From Chloroflexota bacterium (GTDB taxonomy: Bacteria; Chloroflexota; Limnocylindria; Limnocylindrales; CSP1-4): a stretch of 64,000 nucleotides of DNA. The position numbers were made by a program, and so were the translations under genes. The notes beneath the pieces are model-generated. The model was not told the origin of the DNA. It did not search any database and saw only the letters and a program-made list of their open reading frames with translations. The stretch covers positions 208,398-272,397 of the forward strand of contig BPIH01000001.1 in assembly GCA_026004015.1 (NCBI GenBank), written 5' to 3'. Below, piece by piece: positions 18,966 to 28,814 of this stretch (positions within the stretch are counted from its first letter, which is position 1; each line of letters begins with the position of its first letter).

Positions 18966-19483
18966 GACGGTCGGGGACCGGATCGTCGCCCCCGCGGCGG
19001 TTCGCGGCGACGGAGCGCCTTCGGCCCCTCGCCTCCCGCCCCGGATGTTGGCCATGTTCCCGCACGGCGCGCGTTATCAGGGTTGCAGCGGCCTCCGAGG
19101 CCGGTTCGGACGGGGCAGTGACCCCACCCGATCGGCCGCCGAGCGCGCCGCTGCAGACCCGGGGGCGCTCCGGCTTCCACCTGGGAGGCCGTCGCGGACA
19201 GACGCTCGTGCCGCGAGCGTAAGGCCAGCGAGCAGCCCCTCGGACGCCGCCGGGTCGCGTCACATGGGGCTCCGCCTCCTCGCACCCGAGCGTGGGGCGC
19301 GCCTCGCCGACCCGTCGCCCGTCCTCCCGCCCGTGGCCGGCCCGAATAGCGCGCGCCCCGCGAGACTATGGGCAAGGTCCGAGGAACCCGCGGCCGGCAG
19401 CCCAGCGCAGGCGTCGGAGTGCTGCGCTGAGCCTGGAGGCTCGAGACGACGAGCGGAAGGAGAACCCGCGCCGTCGTGCGCCG

Positions 19484-20677
19484 CTAACGGCGCCGCCGAT
19501 CGAGGTCGAGGAAGGGGAGCGGGGTGACCGTCGCGGCGACCCGACCCCGCCGGCCCTCGACCGACCACTCGACCGCGACCCGCCGACCCGGCGTGTCGTA
19601 CTCGGCCGGGAGCGAGGCGAGGGCGATGGCAGCCTTGAGAAGCGGGCTCCAGCCGAGGGAGGTGACCCGACCGATCTGCCGGCCCCCCGGCCCGAAGACG
19701 GGGCGCGGGCTCCGGTCGACGACCGGCGAGAGGGCCGGGGCGAGGTCCTGAGCGGCGTAGGCCGCCTCGATCTCCGCCCAGTCGAGGGTGAGGCCGACGA
19801 GCCGGCGCGGTGGTCCGCCGGCCCGCTGCTCGGCGAGCAGGGCCCGCTTCCCGACGTAGTCGGCCTTGTCGAAGCGGACGAGGCGGCCGAGCCCGATCTC
19901 GAAGGGCGAATAGGCCTGCTCGGCGTTCTCGGCGCGGCGGGCGCTCGTGTAGTCGACCTCGAGGAGGATGAAGCCGGCCTCGAGCCGGGCGAGGTCGAGG
20001 GCGGCCAGGCCGACGGGTCGGAGGCCAAAGGGTTCGCCCGCCCGGACGAGTTCGTCCCAGACCGCCGTCGCCGCCTCCGCGGGGATCCAGAGCTCGTAGC
20101 CGAGGTCGCCGGTGTAGCCGGTCCGCGAGACGTCGATCTCGACACCGGCGATGACGGCCGGTCGGCGCCGGAAGTAGGCGAGGTCGGCGAAGCTCGTCCC
20201 CGTGGCCGCCTCCAGCACGGCCCGGGACCGCGGCCCCTGGAGGGCGAGGGCGGCGACGGCCTCGCTCGTGTCCTCGATGGTGACGTCGAGGCCGGCCGCG
20301 TTCAGCGTCAGCCAACGGACGTTCGGCTCGGCCGACGTCCAGCGGAACTCGGTCAGGCCGAGACGGTGGACCGTGCCGTCGTCGAGGACCTTGCCCCGCT
20401 CGTCGCACCAGGGCGTGTAGACGACCTGCCCGACGGCGATCTTCGTGGCGTCGCGGGTCACGACCCGGTCGACGAGACGCTCGGCGTCGGGTCCGGCGAC
20501 CCGGACCTTGTACAAGGGGCTGACGTCGATGAGGGCCGCCGCCTCGCGGATCGCCGTGTACTCGATGTCGTGGTGGTCGGAGTAGGCCGAGGCGGCGAGG
20601 TAGCCTGCCCACTCGCGCCACTGCTGCTTGCGGTTCCGGGGTGCGGTCCGGGGATGGAAGGGGGTGCCGATGCTCAT
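19484..20677 (-). CDS. aminomethyltransferase-family protein (GcvT/DmdA-like folate-binding)
   Basis: Full-length family similarity (IDVSPLYKVRVAGPDA, LALQGPRSRAVL, SRTGYTGDLGYELW, EAGFILLEVDY). Confidence 0.8.
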   Translation of the reverse strand: MSIGTPFHPRTAPRNRKQQWREWAGYLAASAYSDHHDIEYTAIREAAALIDVSPLYKVRVAGPDAERLVDRVVTRDATKIAVGQVVYTPWCDERGKVLDDGTVHRLGLTEFRWTSAEPNVRWLTLNAAGLDVTIEDTSEAVAALALQGPRSRAVLEAATGTSFADLAYFRRRPAVIAGVEIDVSRTGYTGDLGYELWIPAEAATAVWDELVRAGEPFGLRPVGLAALDLARLEAGFILLEVDYTSARRAENAEQAYSPFEIGLGRLVRFDKADYVGKRALLAEQRAGGPPRRLVGLTLDWAEIEAAYAAQDLAPALSPVVDRSPRPVFGPGGRQIGRVTSLGWSPLLKAAIALASLPAEYDTPGRRVAVEWSVEGRRGRVAATVTPLPFLDLDRRRR

Positions 20678-20854
20678 CTCCTCACCGCGGTCTGGAGGTC
20701 TCCGAAGCCGTCACGACGGGTCCGCCCATCGTACTCGCCGCCGCGTCGGCTCGGGCGGCCCGGCGGTCCTCGGGGCCGCTAGACTTGGTCGACGGGAGAT
20801 GAGCCCGACGGCCGGTCCCGAGCCCGGCCGGATCGTCGCACGTCGGAGGATCGG

Positions 20855-22519
20855 GTGCCCAACGGTTACGACGCCGTCGTCGTCGGCGGCGGCCACAACG
20901 GCCTCGTCGCCGCCGCCTACCTCGCCCGCGGCGGCCTGCGGACCCTCGTCCTCGAGCAGCGGCCGTTGGTCGGCGGGGCGGCGGTCACCGAGGAGGTCGT
21001 GCCGGGCTTCCGGTTCAGCGTCTTCAGCTACGTCGTCTCCCTCCTCCGACCCGAGATTATCCGCGACCTCGACCTCCCGAAGCACGGCCTCGCCATCCTG
21101 CCCCTCGATGGGACGTTCACGCCGCTCCGACCGGGCGAGGGGCCGAAGGCCGGGGGCGGGGACTACCTCTGGCGGACGAACGACCACGGCCGAACGATCC
21201 GGGAGCTCCGGCGTTGGAGCCTCACCGACGCCGAGGCCTACGAGGAATACGGGCGCCTCATGGCCGATCTCGCCCGCTTCGTCAAGCCGATCCTCTCGAT
21301 GGTCCCGCCCGACCCGACCGGTCTCGACCTCCGCGAGCTCGCCCCGCTTGCCGGTCTCGCCCGGCGCTTCCTCGAGCTCGACGAGCGCCGTCAGGCCGCC
21401 CTCGTCGGCCTCATGACCATGAGCGCCGCCGACTTCCTCGGCCAGTGGTTCGAGACCGACCCGCTCCTCGCGACGATGTCCGCCTCGGGGATCATCGGCA
21501 CCTTCCTCGGCGTCCGCTCGCCGGGCTCGGCCTACGTCCTCCTCCACCACTACATGGGCGAGATCGACGGCGCCTTCCGGGCCTGGGGGCTGCCCCGCGG
21601 CGGGACCGGCGGGATCAGCGAGGCCATCGCCTCGGCGGCCCGGGCCGCGGGCGCCGAGATCCGGACCGGGGCCCGGGTCGTCCGGATCCTGACTCGGGGC
21701 GGCCGAGCCGCCGGCGTCGTTCTGGAGGACGGGGAGGAGATCGCGGGCCGGGTCGTCCTCTCGGCCGTCGACGTCCGGCGGACGATCCTCGACCTCCTCG
21801 ACCCCGCCGAGGTCGACCCCGACTACGTCGCCGAGGTCCGCCGGTTCCGCTTCCGGGGCAGCTCCGGGAAGGTCAACCTCGCCCTCGACGGGCTCCCCGA
21901 GTTCAGCTGCCTCCCGAACCGCGACGGGGTCGAGCACCTCCGGGGCGCGATCTCGATCAGCCCCTCCCTTGACGAGATGGAGGAGGCCTACGACGACGCG
22001 AAGGCGGGCCGCTGGAGCCGGCGGCCGTACGTCGACATCGTGATCCCGAGCCTCGTCGACCCCTCGATGGCGCCGCCCGGCAAGCACGTCATGAGCTGCT
22101 TCGTCCAGTACGCCCCGTACGAGCTCGATCCCGCCCTCGGGACCTGGGACGCCAACCGCGAGGCCTTCGGCGACACCGTCGTCGAGCGGATCGCCGAGTT
22201 CGCCCCGAACCTGCCCTCGCTCATCGTCGGCCGCCAGGTCCTCACTCCCCTCGACATCGAGCGGACGACCGGCCTGACGGAGGGCAACATCTTCCAGGGC
22301 GAGCTCACCTTGGAGCAGCTCTTCTTCAACCGCCCGGTCCCCGGCTGGGCCCGCTACCGGACCCCGATCCGGGACCTCTGGCTCTGCGGCAGCTCGACGC
22401 ACCCGGGCGGCGGGATCATGGGTGCGAACGGCCGGCTTGCTGCCCTCGAGCTCCTCCGCTCCCTCGGTGGGCGGGGGTTCGGGCGGGATCCCTGGCGCGG
22501 CCGGGGAGGCGCCGCGTGA
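20855..22519 (+). CDS. FAD/NAD(P)-binding oxidoreductase, phytoene-desaturase (CrtI)-related family
   Basis: N-terminal dinucleotide fold YDAVVVGGGHNGLVAAAYLARGGLRTLVLEQR. C-terminal STHPGGGIMG motif typical of the family. Confidence 0.8.
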   Translation: MPNGYDAVVVGGGHNGLVAAAYLARGGLRTLVLEQRPLVGGAAVTEEVVPGFRFSVFSYVVSLLRPEIIRDLDLPKHGLAILPLDGTFTPLRPGEGPKAGGGDYLWRTNDHGRTIRELRRWSLTDAEAYEEYGRLMADLARFVKPILSMVPPDPTGLDLRELAPLAGLARRFLELDERRQAALVGLMTMSAADFLGQWFETDPLLATMSASGIIGTFLGVRSPGSAYVLLHHYMGEIDGAFRAWGLPRGGTGGISEAIASAARAAGAEIRTGARVVRILTRGGRAAGVVLEDGEEIAGRVVLSAVDVRRTILDLLDPAEVDPDYVAEVRRFRFRGSSGKVNLALDGLPEFSCLPNRDGVEHLRGAISISPSLDEMEEAYDDAKAGRWSRRPYVDIVIPSLVDPSMAPPGKHVMSCFVQYAPYELDPALGTWDANREAFGDTVVERIAEFAPNLPSLIVGRQVLTPLDIERTTGLTEGNIFQGELTLEQLFFNRPVPGWARYRTPIRDLWLCGSSTHPGGGIMGANGRLAALELLRSLGGRGFGRDPWRGRGGAA

Positions 22520-24171
22520 GCCGCCCGGATCGCGTCGACGCCGTCGTCGTCGGCGGCGGCCACAACGGCCTCGTCGCCGCGGGGTACCTCGCCCGCGCCG
22601 GGCTCCGGGTCCTCGTCCTCGAGCGCCGGCCGACCGTCGGCGGCACCGTCGAGACCGTCACGGTCCGGCGCGGGGTCCGGGCGCCGGCGGTCTTCCCGAC
22701 GGTCGGTCGCCTCCGCCCGTCGATCGTCCGCGACCTCCGGCTCCGGGACCACGGCCTCCGCCTCGTCGCCCCGGCCGCCTCCCTCGTCGCCCCACAGCCC
22801 GACGGGCCGGCCGTCGTCCTGGAGCGCGACCCCGAGGCGACGGCGGTCCGGCTTGGCGCCTTCTCGGCGGCCGATGCGGCGGGGTTCCTGGCGCTGGATC
22901 GGCGGGTCCGGGCCCTCGAGCGGGTCGTCGCCGCCCTCAACGGGACGATCCCGCCGGACCTGCGCGAGCCCGGCCTCGACGAGGCCCTCGCCGGCCTCCG
23001 GCTCGGGCGCGCCTTCCGGGGCCTCGGGCGGCGCGACGGCCGGGCGCTCCTCCGCTGGCTGCCGATGGCGATCGCCGATGCCCTCGTCGACGACGTCCCC
23101 TCCGAGCCCCTCCGGGCCGCCCTCGCCTGGGGCGGCCTCCGGTACGCGGCCTTCGGCCCGCGCTCGGCCGGCTCGACGGCCTGGCTCCTCACCCAGGTCG
23201 CCGGCACCGGCACCGGGCTCGTCGGCGAGACCGTCTACGCCCGCGGCGGCCCCGGCGCCGTCACCGAGGCCCTCGCCGCCGCCATTCGGGCCTTCGGCGG
23301 CGAGATCCGGACCGAGGCCGAGGTCGTCCGGGTCACCGAGGCCGACGGGCGGGTCGTCGGGGTCGTCCTCGCCTCGGGGGAGGAGATCCGGGCTCCGGTC
23401 GTCGTCTCGGCCCTCGACCCGAAGCGGACCCTCCTCGACCTTCTCGACCCCGTCGTCGTCGGCCCCGAGCTCCGCTGGCGGGCGGGCAACCTCCGGACGG
23501 CCGGCTCGACGGCGATCGTCTGCCTCGTCCTTCGGCGGCTGCCGCGCTTCCCCTCGCTCGAGGCCGCCGGGGACGCCGAACGACTCCTGCGGGGCCGGAT
23601 CCTCGTCGGGGCGCCGAGCCTCGCCGCGTTGGAGACCGCCTTCGACGCCTCGAAGTACGGCCGGGTCTCGGCCTCGCCGGTTCTCGAGGCGACGATCCCG
23701 TCCCTCGTGGATCCCTCCCTCGTCGAGGGCGCCCGGGCGGGAACCCACGTCCTCCACGCCGTCGTCCAGTGGGCGCCGCGAACGCTCCGGGCCGGGGAGT
23801 GGCGGACCGAGCGAGGGACGCTCCTCGAGGCCGTCGTCGCCCGCCTGGAAGCGGTCGCGCCGGGGATCGGCGACCTCGTCGGGGCGACCCGGGTCGTGAC
23901 GCCCGCCGACATTGAAGCGGAGTACGGCCTCACCGGCGGCCACGTCCTCCACGTCGAGCCGGGCCTCGATGCCTTCTTCCTCTGGCGGCCGCTCTTGGGC
24001 TGGGCGCGCTACCGGCTCCCCGTGGCGGGCCTCTACCTAGCCGGTCCGGGCGCCCACCCGGGCGGCGGGGTGACGGGGCTGCCGGGGCGGAACGCGGCCC
24101 GGGCCATCCTCAACGATCTCGGGCGGCGGGTGCGACCACGACTCGGACTCCTCGCCCCCGCCCGGGCCTGA
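22516..24171 (+). CDS. FAD/NAD(P)-binding oxidoreductase, CrtI-related (tandem paralog)
   Basis: VDAVVVGGGHNGLVAAGYLARAGLRVLVLERR ... GAHPGGGVTG. GTGA overlap with the preceding paralog. Confidence 0.8.
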   Translation: MSRPDRVDAVVVGGGHNGLVAAGYLARAGLRVLVLERRPTVGGTVETVTVRRGVRAPAVFPTVGRLRPSIVRDLRLRDHGLRLVAPAASLVAPQPDGPAVVLERDPEATAVRLGAFSAADAAGFLALDRRVRALERVVAALNGTIPPDLREPGLDEALAGLRLGRAFRGLGRRDGRALLRWLPMAIADALVDDVPSEPLRAALAWGGLRYAAFGPRSAGSTAWLLTQVAGTGTGLVGETVYARGGPGAVTEALAAAIRAFGGEIRTEAEVVRVTEADGRVVGVVLASGEEIRAPVVVSALDPKRTLLDLLDPVVVGPELRWRAGNLRTAGSTAIVCLVLRRLPRFPSLEAAGDAERLLRGRILVGAPSLAALETAFDASKYGRVSASPVLEATIPSLVDPSLVEGARAGTHVLHAVVQWAPRTLRAGEWRTERGTLLEAVVARLEAVAPGIGDLVGATRVVTPADIEAEYGLTGGHVLHVEPGLDAFFLWRPLLGWARYRLPVAGLYLAGPGAHPGGGVTGLPGRNAARAILNDLGRRVRPRLGLLAPARA

Positions 24172-24444
24172 GCCACCGGCATCGGGGAGCCCGCCGGCCC
24201 GGCGACGGTCCCAGGCACGTCTCCGCCGACGAGTGCGCCGCGACGTTCTCCACTGCCGAGGCCGCCGTTGGGTGCGAACCTATTGGGTCGGCGCCCAATG
24301 GGTCGGATGCTCACAGACCACCATCCGGACCGCGGGCGAACACCACGCAATCGGGTGCCGCAGCGCACCGCTTCGGCGATGTCGATCGTCGGAGAGGTGT
24401 CGCCGCCCGCTGGCGGCGCGTCCGTCTGCCCGAACGGAGGGAGC

Positions 24445-25821
24445 ATGGCGGTCGAGCACGAAGGTCCCCGCGAACCGCTCGAGGGCCAGGCGGCGGACCC
24501 CTCGGCGGAGCTCCTGGCCGCCCTTCGCGTCCGGGACCCGGCCGTTCTGCCGCGCCTCCTCGAGACGCACGGGCGCGAGCTCGGTGCCGTCGCGTCTCTG
24601 ATCCTCCGCGATCGGGCCGAGGCGGAGGACGTCGTCGTCGAGGCGCTCCTTGGCGTCCTCGAGCGCGGTGCCGGGCTGCTCGACGGCGTCGCCCTCCGAA
24701 CCCGGCTCCTCCGGATCGCAACCGACCGCGCCGTCGCCCGCCGGAGACGGCGCCCCCGGGTCGTCCCCCTCGAGGTCGTGGACACCGGAGACGGCGGTCT
24801 CGGCGATCCGAGGCACCTCGCGACTCGGGCGACGGCCCTCAACGCTGTCAACCGGCTGCCGCCGCGACGGCGGGCGGCGCTCGTCCTTCGCTCCTATGCC
24901 GGCTGCTCGGTCGGCGACGTCGCGGCGATCCTCGGTCTCGGGCGGGACGACGCGGCGGCCGAGCTCCGGACCGCCCTCACCCACCTCCGGGCCGAGATCG
25001 GTCCGGGCGGTCCACTGCCAACGGCCCCGATGGTCGGCCCCGACCGGGTCGCCGTCGATCCCCTCGAGGAGCTGCTTGAGCGCGTCCTCCGCCAGGCCGC
25101 GCTCCCGGTCGAGGTCCCGCCGGAGCGCCTCGTCGCAGCCCTCGCCGAGCGGCGTAGGCGGGCCGCCCGGCGTCGGTCGCTCGTGCTTCTCGCGGCCGCG
25201 GCCGTCCTTCTCGGCGGTCTCGGCGCCTTCCTCGGGACCCGGGGTCGCGATGCCGTCCCGACACCTGGCCCGTCCGAAGTGCCGACCTCCGTCGCCTCGG
25301 CCGCGCCCGCCTCGCCGGGGCCCTTTTCGGCCAGACCTGCTTCGGCCGTGCCGACCATCGCCGCCGTCCCGTCGCTGGCGGCCGTTCCGGCCGGTCGGGT
25401 TGACATCGACCACGCCGAAGCGGGTTCACCGACCGGCTCGGTCGCCCGGCGCTGGATCGGGGACGTGGGTCCGCGCCGGCCGCCTGGGTTTCGGCCCCGG
25501 TCCTTCGGGCGACGGCCGGCTGGCGACCGAGATCCACCCGGAGCCGGTCTACGCGTCGACCGCCGCGCCTGGCGGCCGGTGACCCGCGACCAGCGACGAC
25601 GCCGGCCGCGGGGGGCGGAGCACCGTCGACATCTTCGATCATCGACGCCGTCGGCGGCGTTCGCTTCCGCCGCCGCTAGGTCGTCCCGGTCGGCGCGGAC
25701 CCGTCCGGAGCGCGGGCCGAGGTCTCACCGACCGGTACGCGATTCGTCTTCACCTTCGCGCCCCAGTCCGCCGCTCCCTCATCTCGTGGTCGGCCGCTTG
25801 GGCGGAGGGGCTCGCCCGTAG
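24445..25821 (+). CDS. ECF sigma-70 factor with C-terminal transmembrane extension; 3' region beyond ~25400 unreliable
   Basis: ATG 24445 follows GGAGGGAG. Region 2 (AEDVVVEALLGVL...RIATDRAV) and region 4 (LPPRRRAALVLRSYAGCSVGDVAAILG). TM helix LVLLAAAAVLLGGLGAFLG. After ~25400 the frame turns Arg-rich while plausible protein appears in other frames. Confidence 0.7.
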   Translation: MAVEHEGPREPLEGQAADPSAELLAALRVRDPAVLPRLLETHGRELGAVASLILRDRAEAEDVVVEALLGVLERGAGLLDGVALRTRLLRIATDRAVARRRRRPRVVPLEVVDTGDGGLGDPRHLATRATALNAVNRLPPRRRAALVLRSYAGCSVGDVAAILGLGRDDAAAELRTALTHLRAEIGPGGPLPTAPMVGPDRVAVDPLEELLERVLRQAALPVEVPPERLVAALAERRRRAARRRSLVLLAAAAVLLGGLGAFLGTRGRDAVPTPGPSEVPTSVASAAPASPGPFSARPASAVPTIAAVPSLAAVPAGRVDIDHAEAGSPTGSVARRWIGDVGPRRPPGFRPRSFGRRPAGDRDPPGAGLRVDRRAWRPVTRDQRRRRPRGAEHRRHLRSSTPSAAFASAAARSSRSARTRPERGPRSHRPVRDSSSPSRPSPPLPHLVVGRLGGGARP

Positions 25822-25872
25822 CCGACGAGTTCCTCGCCCGGACGGCCCGGGACGATCCCGGCCGGGGTACCT

Positions 25873-26445
25873 GTGGCGGCGGCGACGGGCCGACGGGCGC
25901 GGCTTCCTCACCGCGCGGCAGGGCCGGATGGGTCGTGGACGCCAGGGATCCTGACGATCGACGGCAGGTTCCGGGCGCTGGACGGGATCGCTCCGGCGAC
26001 CTACTCGCCGACCGGCCTGCCGAGGCGGCCTCTCCATGGGGGCGAGATCGCCGCCGACTGCCCCGAGCATGCCCCCGATACCGCCTGCTCGATGCTCGTC
26101 ACCTTCGGCCCCGGCGAGGCGCCGATCCGCTGGTGGGACGGCTTCGGGATCGCCGAGTGGACGGCCGACGGGCGGGGGATCTGGATCCTCGAGGGGGCCG
26201 GCCAATTGGGGCCGTCGAGCGAGGCCCGGCTCGTCCGGGTCGCCCGGGCCGGGGAGGGGGAGCTCGTCGCCGCGTGGGTGCCGCCGATGCCGGAGGCCTT
26301 TGCGTCGTTCGCCGGGATCGCGGCGGACGACTCGGCGGTCCTCATCCGCTACACCGAGCCGCTCCCCGAGCTCCGGTGGATCGACGTCGGGGGGCAGATC
26401 GGGCGGCGGGTCCGCGGTTCGTTCGTCGGCTGGGTTCGGCCCTGA
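25873..26445 (+). CDS. hypothetical protein, possibly the frameshift-separated extracytoplasmic domain of the upstream sigma/anti-sigma ORF
   Basis: Protein-like composition (GILTIDGRFRALDGIAPATYSPTG ... WWDGFGIAEWTADGRGIWILEG). Start is uncertain. Confidence 0.4.
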   Translation: MAAATGRRARLPHRAAGPDGSWTPGILTIDGRFRALDGIAPATYSPTGLPRRPLHGGEIAADCPEHAPDTACSMLVTFGPGEAPIRWWDGFGIAEWTADGRGIWILEGAGQLGPSSEARLVRVARAGEGELVAAWVPPMPEAFASFAGIAADDSAVLIRYTEPLPELRWIDVGGQIGRRVRGSFVGWVRP

Positions 26446-26502
26446 CGGTGGCTCGTCCGTTTGCGCTTGCTCGACGGGTCGCTCCTCGCCGTGCGGGTCT
26501 GG

Positions 26503-27477
26503 TCAGGCCGAGCCCGAACCCTTCTCCGGCAGCTCGAGGGTCCAGTCCCAGGTCTTGAGGCGCCGCAGGAGCCGCCGCCCGGTGAGGTCGAGGTGGATCG
26601 GCGTCACCGCGATCCGACGGTTCACGACGGCGTGGAAGTCCGTCCCCGGAACGGCAAGCCCCGACGGCGGCGGCCCCCCGATCCAGTAGTACGGGATGCC
26701 CCGCGGGTCGAGGCGCTGGACGAGCTCGTCCTGATAGATCCGCCGACCGAGTCGGGTCACCTCGATCCCCTCGCACTCCTCGGGCCGGACCGCCGGGACG
26801 TTGACGTTGATGAGCTCGCCCCGGGCGAGCCCGTGCTCGAGGATGTTCCGGGCCACGAGCCGGGCGGCCGCCGCGGCGAGGGTGAAGTCGGGGTGCTCGT
26901 AGTACTCCTGGCTGATGGCGAAGGCCGGGCAACCATTGATGACCGCCTCCATCGCCGCGCTCACCGTCCCCGAGTACGTGATGTCGTCGCCGAGGTTCGC
27001 CCCGTAGTTGATCCCCGAGGCGACGAGGTCGAAGCCATGGTCGAAGAAGCCGAGGAAGGCGAGGCTGACGGCGTCGGTCGGGGAGCCGTCGACGGACCAG
27101 CCGAGCGACCCGTCGGCGAGGCGCCGCTCCCGGACCCGGAGCGGACGCATGAGCGTCTTCTGGTGGCCGACCGCGCTCTGGTTCGTCTCCGGTGCCACGA
27201 CGACCGTTCTGCCGATCGGGTCGAGGGCCGCTTTCAGGGCGAGGAGTCCCCGCGATTCGATGCCGTCGTCGTTCGTGACGAGGATCCAGGGCGGGCTCGA
27301 CCAGTCGCCGACCGCCCGCCCCCGGGTCCGGAGGGAGCGGCTCGCTCTGCGGAGCCCGGCCGCGGCGAGCGGTTCGCCCCGCTCCTTGTCGAGGTCGCGC
27401 CGCTCGGTCCGGGCCCGCTCGCGGGTCAGGTCGGGGGTCGCTTCCGGATCCCGGTCCTGGCCGCCCTCGGTGCTCAT
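26503..27477 (-). CDS. surE: 5'/3'-nucleotidase SurE (start uncertain; ~60-aa charged N-terminal extension in the ORF)
   Basis: ILVTNDDGIESRGL, SGINYGANLGDDITYSGTVSAAMEA. Confidence 0.85.
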   Translation of the reverse strand: MSTEGGQDRDPEATPDLTRERARTERRDLDKERGEPLAAAGLRRASRSLRTRGRAVGDWSSPPWILVTNDDGIESRGLLALKAALDPIGRTVVVAPETNQSAVGHQKTLMRPLRVRERRLADGSLGWSVDGSPTDAVSLAFLGFFDHGFDLVASGINYGANLGDDITYSGTVSAAMEAVINGCPAFAISQEYYEHPDFTLAAAAARLVARNILEHGLARGELINVNVPAVRPEECEGIEVTRLGRRIYQDELVQRLDPRGIPYYWIGGPPPSGLAVPGTDFHAVVNRRIAVTPIHLDLTGRRLLRRLKTWDWTLELPEKGSGSA

Positions 27478-28703
27478 CGCCTGCTTCCTCCGTCCGCCGC
27501 CGGCGCCGCGCTCCCGCCGCCCGCCTCCTCGACGTCGGCGTCGACGGCCGGACTCGGCTCGCGGGGCACCCGGACCGGCTGGCCCGTCCGGGCCTCGACG
27601 AGCCGGGCCGCGCGGAGGGCGACGGGGCCGTGCTCGGTCGAGCGTTGGAACCAGTGGAAGAAGAGGGCCGAGAGGACAGCCGCGATCGGGATCCCGAAGA
27701 TGACCCCGGTCGCCCCGGCGAGCTTCGCCCCGACGAGGACCGAGCCGAGGACGACGACCGGGTGGATGTTCACGGCCTCAGACAGGATCCGCGGCTGGAG
27801 GACGTTCATGACGACGAACCAGCCGATCGCCATGAGGACGACCGTCGGGACGAGGACGTCGGGCCGCAGGAGGAGGGCGACGAGGACCGGCGGGGCCCAC
27901 GAGACGAACGGCCCGAAGAAGGGGATGGCCTGGAGGATGCCCGCGGTCACCGAGGTCACCGGCAGGTAGTCGAGACCGAGGACGAAGCTCGTCGCGGCGG
28001 CGATGGCGCCGAACGTGATCCCGAGGACGAGCTGGCCTCGGAGGAAGCCGGCGAAGGAGCGGGCGACCGCCGCCTGGAGGATCCGCGTGTCCTCGGCGTA
28101 GGCCGGCGGGACGACGCGATAGACGAAGCGGACGATCTTGTCGCTGTCGATCGACATGAAGACCGAGAGCATGACGAGGATGAGGAGGTTCCCGATGAGT
28201 CCGGCGCTCGCGAGGGCGAGCTCCTGGAGGGGCCCGACGATCTCGCCGGCCCCGCGCTGGATGTTCGCCAGGACGAGATCGGCCTGGGCGATGAGGTCGA
28301 CCTGGAAGCCGAGGTCGCCGAGGCGCGCCTGGACCGGCCGGAGGAGGTTGGCGATCGCCGCCGAGAGGGTCGGCGCGTCGCGGAGGAAGTTGGCGATCGA
28401 GGTCGTCAGGGTTGCGGCGAGCAGGAGGAGGGCGGCCAGGAACCCCCCCGCGATGGCGGCGTAGACGATGACGACGGCGAGGGCCCGCGGCAGCCGGGGC
28501 AGGAGGCGGAGGATGCCGTTCACCAGCGGGGCGAGGACGAAGGAGAGGAGCCAGGCGAGGAAGAAGACGAGGATGATGTCGCCGAAGAAGGAGACGAGGC
28601 GGGCGATCTCGTACGTGAGGAGGATGGCGACGAGGGTCGTGCCGAGGACGAGGAGGGCCGAGAGCCAGCGGCGTTGCTGCGGCGTGAAGATCGTCTCGGT
28701 CAT
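27474..28703 (-). CDS. AI-2E family transporter (PerM/UPF0118)
   Basis: Eight-TM profile and family motifs (GILQAIPFFGPFVSWAPP, LQPRILSEAVNIHPVVVL, GVIFGIPIAAV). Confidence 0.85.
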   Translation of the reverse strand: MTETIFTPQQRRWLSALLVLGTTLVAILLTYEIARLVSFFGDIILVFFLAWLLSFVLAPLVNGILRLLPRLPRALAVVIVYAAIAGGFLAALLLLAATLTTSIANFLRDAPTLSAAIANLLRPVQARLGDLGFQVDLIAQADLVLANIQRGAGEIVGPLQELALASAGLIGNLLILVMLSVFMSIDSDKIVRFVYRVVPPAYAEDTRILQAAVARSFAGFLRGQLVLGITFGAIAAATSFVLGLDYLPVTSVTAGILQAIPFFGPFVSWAPPVLVALLLRPDVLVPTVVLMAIGWFVVMNVLQPRILSEAVNIHPVVVLGSVLVGAKLAGATGVIFGIPIAAVLSALFFHWFQRSTEHGPVALRAARLVEARTGQPVRVPREPSPAVDADVEEAGGGSAAPAADGGSRR

Positions 28704-28814
28704 CGCCTGCCTCGTGCGAGCGCGTCGGAGCCGGGGGCTCGTTCGATCCGCACCATCGTAGTCGACGGGGCGCGGGCCGGGACGGACGGTCCGGTTGTTC
28801 GGCGATGGTATGGT

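Noticed and set aside
20678-20854. Possible glycine riboswitch in the leader of the GcvT-like gene (minus strand).
   Set aside because: No GGAGAG...ACCGAAGGGGCAA-type aptamer core is visible. The leader is short, and the gene looks like a non-glycine-cleavage paralog.
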